Origin: an uncultured Ectothiorhodospiraceae bacterium
Lineage (GTDB): Bacteria; Pseudomonadota; Gammaproteobacteria; CAYQDX01
DNA length: 15,231 nt
Reading direction: 5' to 3'
Assembly: GCA_964416345.1 (NCBI GenBank)
Contig: CAYQDX010000001.1
Location: 29,033 to 44,263, forward strand
In this document: piece after piece, positions 1 to 7,087 of the stretch
How positions within the stretch are numbered: position 1 is the first letter of the stretch
Layout of the letters: each line of letters begins with the position of its first letter
Notes under the pieces: generated by a model
Told to the model about the DNA's origin: nothing
The model's database searches: none
Seen by the model: the letters and a program-made list of their open reading frames with translations, nothing else
Made by a program: the position numbers and the translations under genes

Positions 1-47
1 GGTGTGCCGCCGGCCGACGCGCCATAACTGAGTGGGTCCGCCGCGAC

Positions 48-764
48 ATGATCGAGATCGTCCGTCAGCCGGGAATGGGTCAGCCTGCCGGCGTCTGGGC
101 CGCCGAGCCGGCGTTTTGGATGGATACGCGGCGCGGCCTGGTGCTGCCGGAGTGGGGCAGGACGCCCGTCGTGGCCGAATTCCTGGCCCATCGCGTCGCC
201 AGGTGTCCAAACGACTTGCAGGCCCATGTCCGGCGGGTGTTGTTACAGCGGCAGCTGGGGGATGCGGACGGTGTGTACGGCGCGCTGCTCGATTTGTGCA
301 TCGCGCTGCGCGGTGTCGGGCGAGAGGTTCGGGAGCGGATGCTGGGCTGTGCCGGTCCGCTGTTGTCCCCCTCGCGGCGCCAGGCGCTGGAGGCCAGACT
401 CGATGCCGGACTGGGTCCGACCGACCCCATGCCGGCTTCCCGGCATTCGGTGCTCGGTCGCGGATTGAGCGCCTCGGTCCCCGTGGTGTTGATGACCGAA
501 GGCGCACAGAAGCACGAGGCAACGGCGCTGGAGCAGGCTCGGGAGCTCATCGAATCGGGGCGCGTGGCCGAGGCTCAGGAGCTATTGGAGAGTGCCCTGG
601 TGCGCAACCCCGACGATGATGAGGTAGGGTTGGAGCTGCTCGAAGTTTACCAACACACACGGGATACCGAGTCGCTGCGCAGGATGTGCCGGCTGCTCGG
701 CAAGCTGGGCACGCCTTCGGCTCAGGCCTGGGTCGGCATGGCGGAGCTATTCGCCATCGAGTAG
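48..764 (+). CDS. Hypothetical protein with C-terminal TPR-like helical repeat. May be 5'-partial, because the reading frame stays open back to nt 3 at the window edge.
   Basis: 238-aa ORF. No stop codon lies in-frame between nt 3 and the ATG at 48, and there is no clear SD before 48. The C-terminal ~60 aa (ALEQARELIESGRVAEAQELLESALVRNPDDDEVGLELLEVYQ...) has a TPR-like / FimV-C-terminal-like helix pair pattern. It ends 44 nt before the next co-oriented gene. Confidence 0.45.
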   Translation: MIEIVRQPGMGQPAGVWAAEPAFWMDTRRGLVLPEWGRTPVVAEFLAHRVARCPNDLQAHVRRVLLQRQLGDADGVYGALLDLCIALRGVGREVRERMLGCAGPLLSPSRRQALEARLDAGLGPTDPMPASRHSVLGRGLSASVPVVLMTEGAQKHEATALEQARELIESGRVAEAQELLESALVRNPDDDEVGLELLEVYQHTRDTESLRRMCRLLGKLGTPSAQAWVGMAELFAIE

Positions 765-808
765 CACCAAGCCGCATATCTGACCCAAGACATTCCGAAG
801 GGGCCTGG

Positions 809-1990
809 ATGACGACGATGAGCAAGCCATTGAGAGTGACGGCGCTGGGCCTGGATAAGCGCTCCCGCTCAGCCCTGGAGATGATTCTGAAGGGGCCTGG
901 CAAGGGCGCCTGTGTGCTCACCGACGTGGCCGAGAGCGAGGCGGCGATAGTCGACATGGATAGACCGGAGGCGTCGATGCTATGGGAGAACTACCACCGG
1001 CACTACCCAGAGCGCCCGGGCATCGCCCTGTCGGCACAGGATTCTTGCCCCGAGGGAACGCGCCTCCAGCCCAAGCCGGTGAGCATCAACGCGCTGCTGG
1101 CCAGCCTTCGAGCGGTCGCCGAGGAGCTTGCGGGCCCGGAGGCCGCCACGGCGGAAACGGGAAAGGCTGCCGGTGCCCAGCTCGAGTCCAAGGTGGTTTC
1201 CACCAGGGGGGCGACGCAGGTCCTGGAAGATCGGGCCGTTCGCCGTTATGTGTCGGCCCTGCCCGAGTCACTGCCCGAGGACTACCGGCAGCTCTCTGAT
1301 CCCGCGTCGCGAGCCAAGCTCTTTTTCGTGCCCACGGACTACATCGGGGGCCATTTGCTGGAGGCCATCCGTGAGGCCGTAGCCAGGGGAGAGGCGCGAA
1401 TTATCCATCTGCGGGTGGGCGCGATCACCGTGGACCCGGCGGCGCATCGGACTTGGTGCGCTCTAACGGATACCCGGCTGAAGCAGGTATGCATGGTACG
1501 GGCGCACAGCGGAGACGGCGAGGCCCTGGATCTGCGGATCGAAGGACAAGCGCGCGGCGCCGCCGTCGAGGCGCCGCCAGGTGGCGGCGCGGGATTGGAC
1601 CTCGATGCGTTTGTCTGGAAGGTGGCGGTTTGGGTTTCTCGTGGCCGCGCGCCGGAGGGCACGGACCTGCAGGAGCCGGTGCTGCTGCGCCACTGGCCCA
1701 ATCTGACCCGCCTGCTGATGACCCCAAGCGTTATGCGGGTCGCCGCGATCTGGGCCAAACAGCACCGCTCGCCGGTGGAGACGGCCACCCTGCTGCGCAT
1801 CCCCTTGTCCCATGTGCTGACATTCTACGCGGCGGCGAGGGCGACCGGGTTGCTCGTGGAGGCCCGACGCCAAAAGGACGAGCTGTTCTCGCCGCCGGAC
1901 ATCGATCGACATCGCCAACGCGGTCTGCTCAGCAGGATGCTCGCCAAGATTCTTGGCGCGACACAAGGTTCAGACCAGAAGGGCACTTGA
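809..1990 (+). CDS. Hypothetical 393-aa protein. The N-terminal ~100 aa resemble a degenerate receiver (REC) fold; the rest is unrecognised.
   Basis: The listed ORF 686..1990 was trimmed to ATG 809, which is preceded by GAAGGGG (797-803) at 5-nt spacing. The N-terminus LRVTALGLDKRSRSALEMIL...AAIVDMDRPEASMLWENY...PGIALSAQ follows the REC pattern (hydrophobic strand, acidic pocket reduced to GLD, a conserved Asp in IVDMD). It is the first gene of a tight cluster with the GTPase gene 18 nt downstream. Confidence 0.6.
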   Translation: MTTMSKPLRVTALGLDKRSRSALEMILKGPGKGACVLTDVAESEAAIVDMDRPEASMLWENYHRHYPERPGIALSAQDSCPEGTRLQPKPVSINALLASLRAVAEELAGPEAATAETGKAAGAQLESKVVSTRGATQVLEDRAVRRYVSALPESLPEDYRQLSDPASRAKLFFVPTDYIGGHLLEAIREAVARGEARIIHLRVGAITVDPAAHRTWCALTDTRLKQVCMVRAHSGDGEALDLRIEGQARGAAVEAPPGGGAGLDLDAFVWKVAVWVSRGRAPEGTDLQEPVLLRHWPNLTRLLMTPSVMRVAAIWAKQHRSPVETATLLRIPLSHVLTFYAAARATGLLVEARRQKDELFSPPDIDRHRQRGLLSRMLAKILGATQGSDQKGT

Positions 1991-2008
1991 GACCAGAGGC
2001 GGGCTGCG

Positions 2009-2554
2009 GTGGAGCAACACAAGATCATATTCACGGGCCCCGTCGGGGCGGGTAAGACCACGGCCATCAATGCGATTAGCGACATCCCAACGGTGCGCAC
2101 GGACGCCACGGCCACCGACATGACGGCGGGCCGCAAGCGTGTGACTACCGTGGCCCTGGATTTTGGCGTCATGAATCTAGGACCGGACGAGCGTATTCAT
2201 CTCTACGGCACCCCAGGCCAGGAGCGCTTCGACTTCATGTGGGAGATCCTGTCTAAGGGAGCCATCGGCCTCGTGCTGTTGCTCGACAACACCCGCGCCG
2301 ATCCCTCCGCCGACCTACGCTTCTTCGTGCAGGCGTTCCGTGGGTTCATCGACCGCACGGAGCTAGCGGTGGGGGTGACCCGCATGGACCTGAGCCCCAA
2401 GCCCCGGATCGCGGACTATCACAGCGCCATCCGCGGTGTTGGACTCAAGCCGCCCGTCTTCGCGGTCGACGCCCGGGAGTCCCGGGATGTCGGGCTGCTA
2501 ATTCAGGCCCTGCTCTACAGCCTGGATCCGGGTTTGGTGGCAGCCGATGAGTGA
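2009..2554 (+). CDS. Small Ras-like GTPase (MglA / conservon CvnD-like ATP/GTP-binding protein)
   Basis: 181 aa with a GTG start. P-loop GPVGAGKTT (aa 10-18). Switch II/G3 is GTPGQERF (aa 67-74), characteristic of the CvnD/MglA-like subfamily. The G4 position reads VTRMD instead of NKxD. AGAGG lies 9 nt upstream. Its stop overlaps the start of the next gene (ATGAGTGA). Confidence 0.8.
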   Translation: MEQHKIIFTGPVGAGKTTAINAISDIPTVRTDATATDMTAGRKRVTTVALDFGVMNLGPDERIHLYGTPGQERFDFMWEILSKGAIGLVLLLDNTRADPSADLRFFVQAFRGFIDRTELAVGVTRMDLSPKPRIADYHSAIRGVGLKPPVFAVDARESRDVGLLIQALLYSLDPGLVAADE

Positions 2555-3230
2555 GCTTACTTTGGCCCCGGAGACCTATGTGGTGCCAAGTCCGGCGGGC
2601 GCGTACTACGCGGCATCCAACCGCAGCCAGGAGCCGGCCCGCGCCCTGCTGTTTAGGCTCATGAGCCTAGGGCAGACGCCGATACTCACGACGGATCTGC
2701 TGCGATCCTGGCTGGGGGACCAGCAGGTGCACACGGGGCTGGAGCTGCTGTGGCACATGCAGTCGCTGGGCTGGATTCAGGGCGCCCGGCAGGCCCGTCC
2801 GGCGCCGGCCGGGGCGCTGGACGAGATTCTTCTGGGGATGCTGGCCGAGCTCTCCAGCGAGAAGAAGGCGCTGCTGGCCGACGACAGCGGCTTCTACGTC
2901 GCCAACTACGGTTATACCCACGAGGCCGCCGAGGAGCTTTCGGCCCTGAGCGGGCGCCTGGCGTCACTCTACGAGCGTCATCGCGGCCTGCTCTACAACA
3001 ATCTGGGAATTCCCTCGGCGGCCTGGGCCGTGGTCGACGCCGCCGGCAACAGCACGATCGGCTTCTGGCCACTGTACATCGGCGTCGAGCGCTTCGTTCT
3101 GGCCATCAGCGGCATGCCGCAGCTCAGTCAGCCGGCCTTCGTCGACCTGGTCTGGGCGCTGGCGCGCCGCTACGCAGATGTGCCGGAGGTCGCTCCCGAC
3201 GCAACCGTCGTGCCCGTGCACGGTACCTGA
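2547..3230 (+). CDS. Hypothetical 227-aa protein, translationally coupled to the GTPase gene
   Basis: The ATG at 2547 overlaps the GTPase stop by 8 nt. GC3-rich codon usage is consistent with the neighbouring genes. No family recognised from the sequence alone. It sits between the GTPase and Roadblock genes, which is the position taken by the DUF742-type CvnC partner in the actinobacterial gene order cvnA-cvnB(roadblock)-cvnC-cvnD(GTPase). This arrangement is hypothetical-REC-like, GTPase, unknown, roadblock, so the order differs. Confidence 0.6.
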   Translation: MSELTLAPETYVVPSPAGAYYAASNRSQEPARALLFRLMSLGQTPILTTDLLRSWLGDQQVHTGLELLWHMQSLGWIQGARQARPAPAGALDEILLGMLAELSSEKKALLADDSGFYVANYGYTHEAAEELSALSGRLASLYERHRGLLYNNLGIPSAAWAVVDAAGNSTIGFWPLYIGVERFVLAISGMPQLSQPAFVDLVWALARRYADVPEVAPDATVVPVHGT

Positions 3231-3306
3231 GCAGGAATACATTTGCCCGCGTGGCGCCGGTGCACCACGCATTAGACCCACAGACTGGGAATAGGAGAGC
3301 CTACTC

Positions 3307-3669
3307 ATGCGCGAAGACATGCTCACCTCCATACTGAATGATCTCAAGGGCACATCTGCGGATATCGAAGCCTCGGCGGTGATCTCCACCGATGGACTCA
3401 TCATGGCGGCCCAGCTTCCGCAAGGCATCGACGGCGACCGGGTGGGCGCCATGGCCGCCGCCATGCTGTCGCTGGGTGATCGCACCGCCCAGGAGCTCAG
3501 CCGCGGACTGCTGGAGCAGGTCCTGATAAGAGGCAACAAGGGCTACGTGCTCATGACTCATGCCGGGCCCGATGCGGTGCTCTCGGTGCTTGCCTCCTCC
3601 AATGCCAAGCTGGGCCTCATCTTCTTGGATGTTGCGCGGGCCGCGGAATCCATCGCCAAGCTGGTTTAG
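3307..3669 (+). CDS. Roadblock/LC7 domain protein (MglB / CvnB-like)
   Basis: 120 aa. SAVISTDGLIMAAQLP...DRVGAMAAAMLSLGDRTAQELSRGLLEQVLIRGNKGYVLMTHAGPDAVLSVLASSNAKLGLIFLDV is the typical Roadblock/LC7 alpha-beta pattern. A strong RBS AGGAGAG sits 7 nt upstream. Confidence 0.8.
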   Translation: MREDMLTSILNDLKGTSADIEASAVISTDGLIMAAQLPQGIDGDRVGAMAAAMLSLGDRTAQELSRGLLEQVLIRGNKGYVLMTHAGPDAVLSVLASSNAKLGLIFLDVARAAESIAKLV

Positions 3670-3696
3670 CGCGGCAAGTAGAACGGAGACCAAATT

Positions 3697-4056
3697 ATGG
3701 CCAACAAAGCGTTCTTTCTGCTGCGCATGAACGATCACGTCCAGTACCTGCACAAGATCCAGGCGACGCTGGAAGGTAGGGGCGACTTTCAGGGCACGGA
3801 CTGGCACGAGTGCAAGCTGGGCAAGTGGCTCTACGGCGAAGGTGTCGCCGAGGCGGAGGCAGCCGGCCCCGAGGTCAAGGCTCTATTCGACAGCCTGTTT
3901 GAGCCCCACGAGGCCTTCCACAAGGCCAGCCACAGCGCCTTGGGCAAGCAACAGGACGGCGACGAGCAGGGCTCACGGGAGGCCGTGACCGAGATGTACC
4001 GGCTGTCGAACACCCTGGTCGAGATGCTGCTGTCCTTGGATCAGAAAAGCAACTAG
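3697..4056 (+). CDS. Stand-alone CZB (chemoreceptor zinc-binding) domain protein
   Basis: Matches the published CZB motif exactly: H-x2-Y (HVQY), then 21 residues, then C-x-L-G-x-W (CKLGKW), then 26 residues, then H-x3-H (HEAFH). The RBS GGAGA precedes the ATG. It starts 27 nt after the roadblock gene, so it is probably co-transcribed. Confidence 0.8.
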   Translation: MANKAFFLLRMNDHVQYLHKIQATLEGRGDFQGTDWHECKLGKWLYGEGVAEAEAAGPEVKALFDSLFEPHEAFHKASHSALGKQQDGDEQGSREAVTEMYRLSNTLVEMLLSLDQKSN

Positions 4057-4361
4057 CGCGCTGGCCTCGGCGGGCCGGCATGATGCAGACCCGCTGAGAC
4101 ATTGCGGACTCGTCCTCTTGATCCACGGCGCACCCCGGCCGGTGCGCTGTGCCTCCTCCTATCGCTTGCGTCGACTCGCCGACTGGGACTTGACTTCCTG
4201 GGGGGCTGGCCCGGCATCATTTGGCCTCGGCGCGGCCCGGGTCAGGGTGCAGCGATCAACGCCTAGACTTGGACGAGGAGGCCGTGGTCCATGGAGACCG
4301 GCGAGGCTCAACGAGACCGTGAGATCGGCGACTGCCCGCCCAGGGGTATGCGGCCGGGCGC

Positions 4362-6002
4362 ATGATGAACAACAAGCTCATCCAGCTGCTGCGGCAGGAG
4401 ACCAAGGCCAACCTGCTGAAGCTATTCGTCGGCTTCATCATCATCGGCGTGACCAATGCCCTGGTGCTGGTCATCGTCCACGATGTCACGGAGGCCCAAG
4501 GTCTCGACGTGATCAATTTCCGGCTCTTGATGCTGTTCGTCCTGTGCGTGGCGACCTTCTGCTACACCAAAAGAGTAGTGAACATCTGGCTGACCACCCA
4601 CGTGCAGCAGGCCATCCTACAGCTGCGCTTGCGGATCCTGGACAAGGTGCGCAGCTCCAGGCTGATGTCCTACGAAGGTCTGGATCGCTCGCAGCTCATC
4701 AACGCGCTATCCGAGAATACCCTGGTCATCGTGGAGGGGGCCAAGTACTTCGGCGAGGGTGTGCCGGCGGCAATCATGCTGCTTTGCTCATTCATCTACG
4801 TCGGCGTGATCAGCAAGGCTGCCATGGTCATCGTCGCGGTGTGTGTGCCCGCGGCGGCAGTGGTGATCTGGGCTCTGAACCGCTCCATCGCCGAGGATCT
4901 CAACACGGCCATGCACAAGGAGGACGAGTTTCTCACCGCTTTCCATCAGCTGCTGGACGGGTTCAAGGAGCTGAAGATGAGCCGGCGCAAGAGCGGCGAC
5001 TTGTTCGACAATTACCTGAGCCGGTGCTCCAAGCAGGCCAAAGACCTGAACACCAAGGCCGCCGTGAGCGTGGTCCGCTCCGATATCTACAACTATTTGT
5101 TCTTCTATCTGCTGCTGGCATCGATGTTGTTCCTGCTGCCCAAGCTCACCGTCATCAGCGCCGGGGAGACCATGAGCATCACGACGATACTGCTGTTCCT
5201 GCTGGGCAACGGTACCGTATTCGTGCAGGCCCTGCCCAACATCACCAAGACCGACGTGGCCATCGGCAACATCACCCGCATGGAGGAGGCGCTCGACGAT
5301 CTGGAGCCGCCGGTGGACTCCAGCCTCGCCAATCCCTGGCTCCCCGAGGGGGACGAGCGGGACATTGTGCTGCGCAACCTCTATTTCAGCTACGCCGGGC
5401 CTCGGGACCAGAGCTTCTCGGTGCACGTGGACCACCTGACCGTCAAGGCCGGGGAGCTGCTCTATATCCAGGGTGGCAACGGCAGCGGCAAGTCAACGCT
5501 GCTCAAGCTCCTCACGGGACTCTACAGGCCTGCAGTGGGAAGCATCGAGTACGGCGGAACGGCGGTTTCGATGGAGAATCTGCAATACTACCGGGAGTGC
5601 TTCTCCATTATCTTCGCGGACTTCCATTTGTTCGACCGGGTCTACGGTCTGGAAGGCGTGGACGCGGGCAGGGTGGCGGAGCTGCTGGTGGAAATGCAGC
5701 TCAGCGCCAAGACTAGCTACGCCCAAGGGGCCTTCCGCAACCTCAATCTGTCCACGGGCCAACGCAAGCGTCTGGCGCTGCTGGTCGCGCTGCTGGAAGA
5801 CCGGCCGGTGTGCGTATTCGACGAGGTGGCCGCGGACCAGGATCCCCAGTTCCGCAAGTATCTCTACGAAGTGATGCTGCAGAACCTCAAACGCCAGGGA
5901 AAGACCATCATCGCGGTGACCCACGATGATCGCTACTTTCACACCGCGGACCGGGTGCTGAAGATGGAATACGGACGGCTGCTCGACGAGCAGGCCGAAT
6001 GA
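4362..6002 (+). CDS. ABC transporter, fused permease-ATPase, of the cyclic-peptide exporter family (YojI / PvdE / SyrD-like)
   Basis: 546 aa. The N-terminal ~300 aa hold six hydrophobic helices. The C-terminal NBD has Walker A GGNGSGKST, the ABC signature LSTGQRKRLALL, Walker B VFDEVAADQDP (the DE-AADQDP form typical of the cyclic-peptide transporter subfamily) and an H-loop VTHD. Confidence 0.85.
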   Translation: MMNNKLIQLLRQETKANLLKLFVGFIIIGVTNALVLVIVHDVTEAQGLDVINFRLLMLFVLCVATFCYTKRVVNIWLTTHVQQAILQLRLRILDKVRSSRLMSYEGLDRSQLINALSENTLVIVEGAKYFGEGVPAAIMLLCSFIYVGVISKAAMVIVAVCVPAAAVVIWALNRSIAEDLNTAMHKEDEFLTAFHQLLDGFKELKMSRRKSGDLFDNYLSRCSKQAKDLNTKAAVSVVRSDIYNYLFFYLLLASMLFLLPKLTVISAGETMSITTILLFLLGNGTVFVQALPNITKTDVAIGNITRMEEALDDLEPPVDSSLANPWLPEGDERDIVLRNLYFSYAGPRDQSFSVHVDHLTVKAGELLYIQGGNGSGKSTLLKLLTGLYRPAVGSIEYGGTAVSMENLQYYRECFSIIFADFHLFDRVYGLEGVDAGRVAELLVEMQLSAKTSYAQGAFRNLNLSTGQRKRLALLVALLEDRPVCVFDEVAADQDPQFRKYLYEVMLQNLKRQGKTIIAVTHDDRYFHTADRVLKMEYGRLLDEQAE

Positions 6003-6005
6003 ATC

Positions 6006-6185
6006 TCAAGCGGCCCGCTGATCCGGGCGCACCTTGTCCGAGGCGAATACCATGATGAGGCCGATGAACGGGGTGAACAGCAGAGAGGCGAAAAAGTAGC
6101 CCCAGAATCCGAACTTCCTGTGGTTGCCGAGGACGGCGACGATGACGCTGAGGAGTATGTACAGGGCTATCGCCGAGCTGAGCAT
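6006..6185 (-). CDS. Small 59-aa two-helix membrane protein (not in the ORF track because it is under 60 aa)
   Basis: Minus-strand ORF MLSSAIALYILLSVIVAVLGNHRKFGFWGYFFASLLFTPFIGLIMVFASDKVRPDQRAA. Two hydrophobic helices are separated by a basic loop (NHRKFG). GAGGTG lies 4 nt upstream of the ATG. It is co-oriented with the DUF697-like gene and 73 nt downstream of it. Confidence 0.4.
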   Translation of the reverse strand: MLSSAIALYILLSVIVAVLGNHRKFGFWGYFFASLLFTPFIGLIMVFASDKVRPDQRAA

Positions 6186-6258
6186 GGGGCACCTCGCGGC
6201 CGGTGGGATTCATGGCCTGGCACCGCACCCACCGATGCCAGGCCACGAGGTGTCGCTG

Positions 6259-6807
6259 CTAGGCGGCGGCGCCGGTGGTGTGCTGCTTGACCACCAGCTT
6301 GCCCTCCTGGAACTGCTGGGCGAAATAATCCTTCACGGCTTCCGGGTCGAAGTTGAGGAAGGTGCCGCCGGATTCGAAGTGCTGGATAAACACCTTGCCC
6401 AGCGCATAAGTGGCGGCGCCGGAGAGGCTGGGCATGGTGAGGGCGCCCAGGATCGGTCCGGCAATCGGGATGACGCGCAGGGCACTGTAGACCGGCCGTG
6501 CCACGGCCGCCGGTGCTGCACCCGCCAACAGCGGCGCGATGATGTTCTTCACCATATCGTGCGAGTACGGGATTTCGTATAGCTTGCTCAGCCGGTACAA
6601 CAGGTTGAGCTGAATGCCGGTGTTGCCCACGAAATCCAGCAGGGGCAGCGGAAGGACGCCCACGCCCACCGATGCGAGCACGTGCTTCAGAACTAGGGAA
6701 TTGGCTTGCTGGGCCTTGCCGGTGCTGACCGGGAGCTGAGCCTCTGCTGCCGCGTCCGTCTGCGGCTGGGTCGCGCCCTGGTCCGATGCGGTTGATTTTT
6801 CTGTCAT
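6259..6807 (-). CDS. DUF697-like (YcjF-type) domain protein
   Basis: 182 aa. The core GVLPLPLLDFVGNTGIQLNLLYRLSKLYEIPYS...PILGALTMPSLSGAATYALGKVFIQHFESGG follows the DUF697 consensus as I recall it (..PiPlaD......iq..m...ia..YG.......LGk....yF). The N-terminus is low-complexity and Ala/Gln-rich. The family assignment is from memory and should be confirmed by an HMM search. Confidence 0.6.
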   Translation of the reverse strand: MTEKSTASDQGATQPQTDAAAEAQLPVSTGKAQQANSLVLKHVLASVGVGVLPLPLLDFVGNTGIQLNLLYRLSKLYEIPYSHDMVKNIIAPLLAGAAPAAVARPVYSALRVIPIAGPILGALTMPSLSGAATYALGKVFIQHFESGGTFLNFDPEAVKDYFAQQFQEGKLVVKQHTTGAAA

Positions 6808-7087
6808 TGGCTGGCCTCGTTGGGGTGGTTACTACAGAGGCCGGTGAACCGCCGAGCTCATCGACCATCCGGGCTGTGAGCCTTATCACACGAGTCCTAA
6901 GGTTCTCAAAGCGGTGCGGCCGTGTCAATATAGCCCCGCGCCGTACGGCGCCATGCCCAGGGGGATTGGCCGGGGCGGGCGCCATGTCCCGGCGCGACCC
7001 TCAACGCTCGTGCCGGAGTGTGGCCGTGCCGGGACCGCCACGAGTCGGTGGCGAGGGGGGGGCTGCAGGCACAGGAGCTCCAAGCTG

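Noticed and set aside
686-808. N-terminal extension of the 393-aa gene in the track (start at 686)
   Set aside because: The extension overlaps the end of the upstream gene. ATG 809 has a proper GAAGGGG RBS, and the extension is Ala/Gly/Arg-rich.
4118-5716. 532-aa plus-strand ORF rich in Arg/Gly/His/Pro
   Set aside because: It overlaps the well-supported ABC transporter gene in another frame. The composition is typical of an off-frame high-GC artefact, and there are no motifs.
6167-6985. 272-aa minus-strand ORF
   Set aside because: It is a same-strand, different-frame overlap of the DUF697-like gene and its promoter region. The Arg/Gly/Pro-rich composition marks it as a GC artefact.
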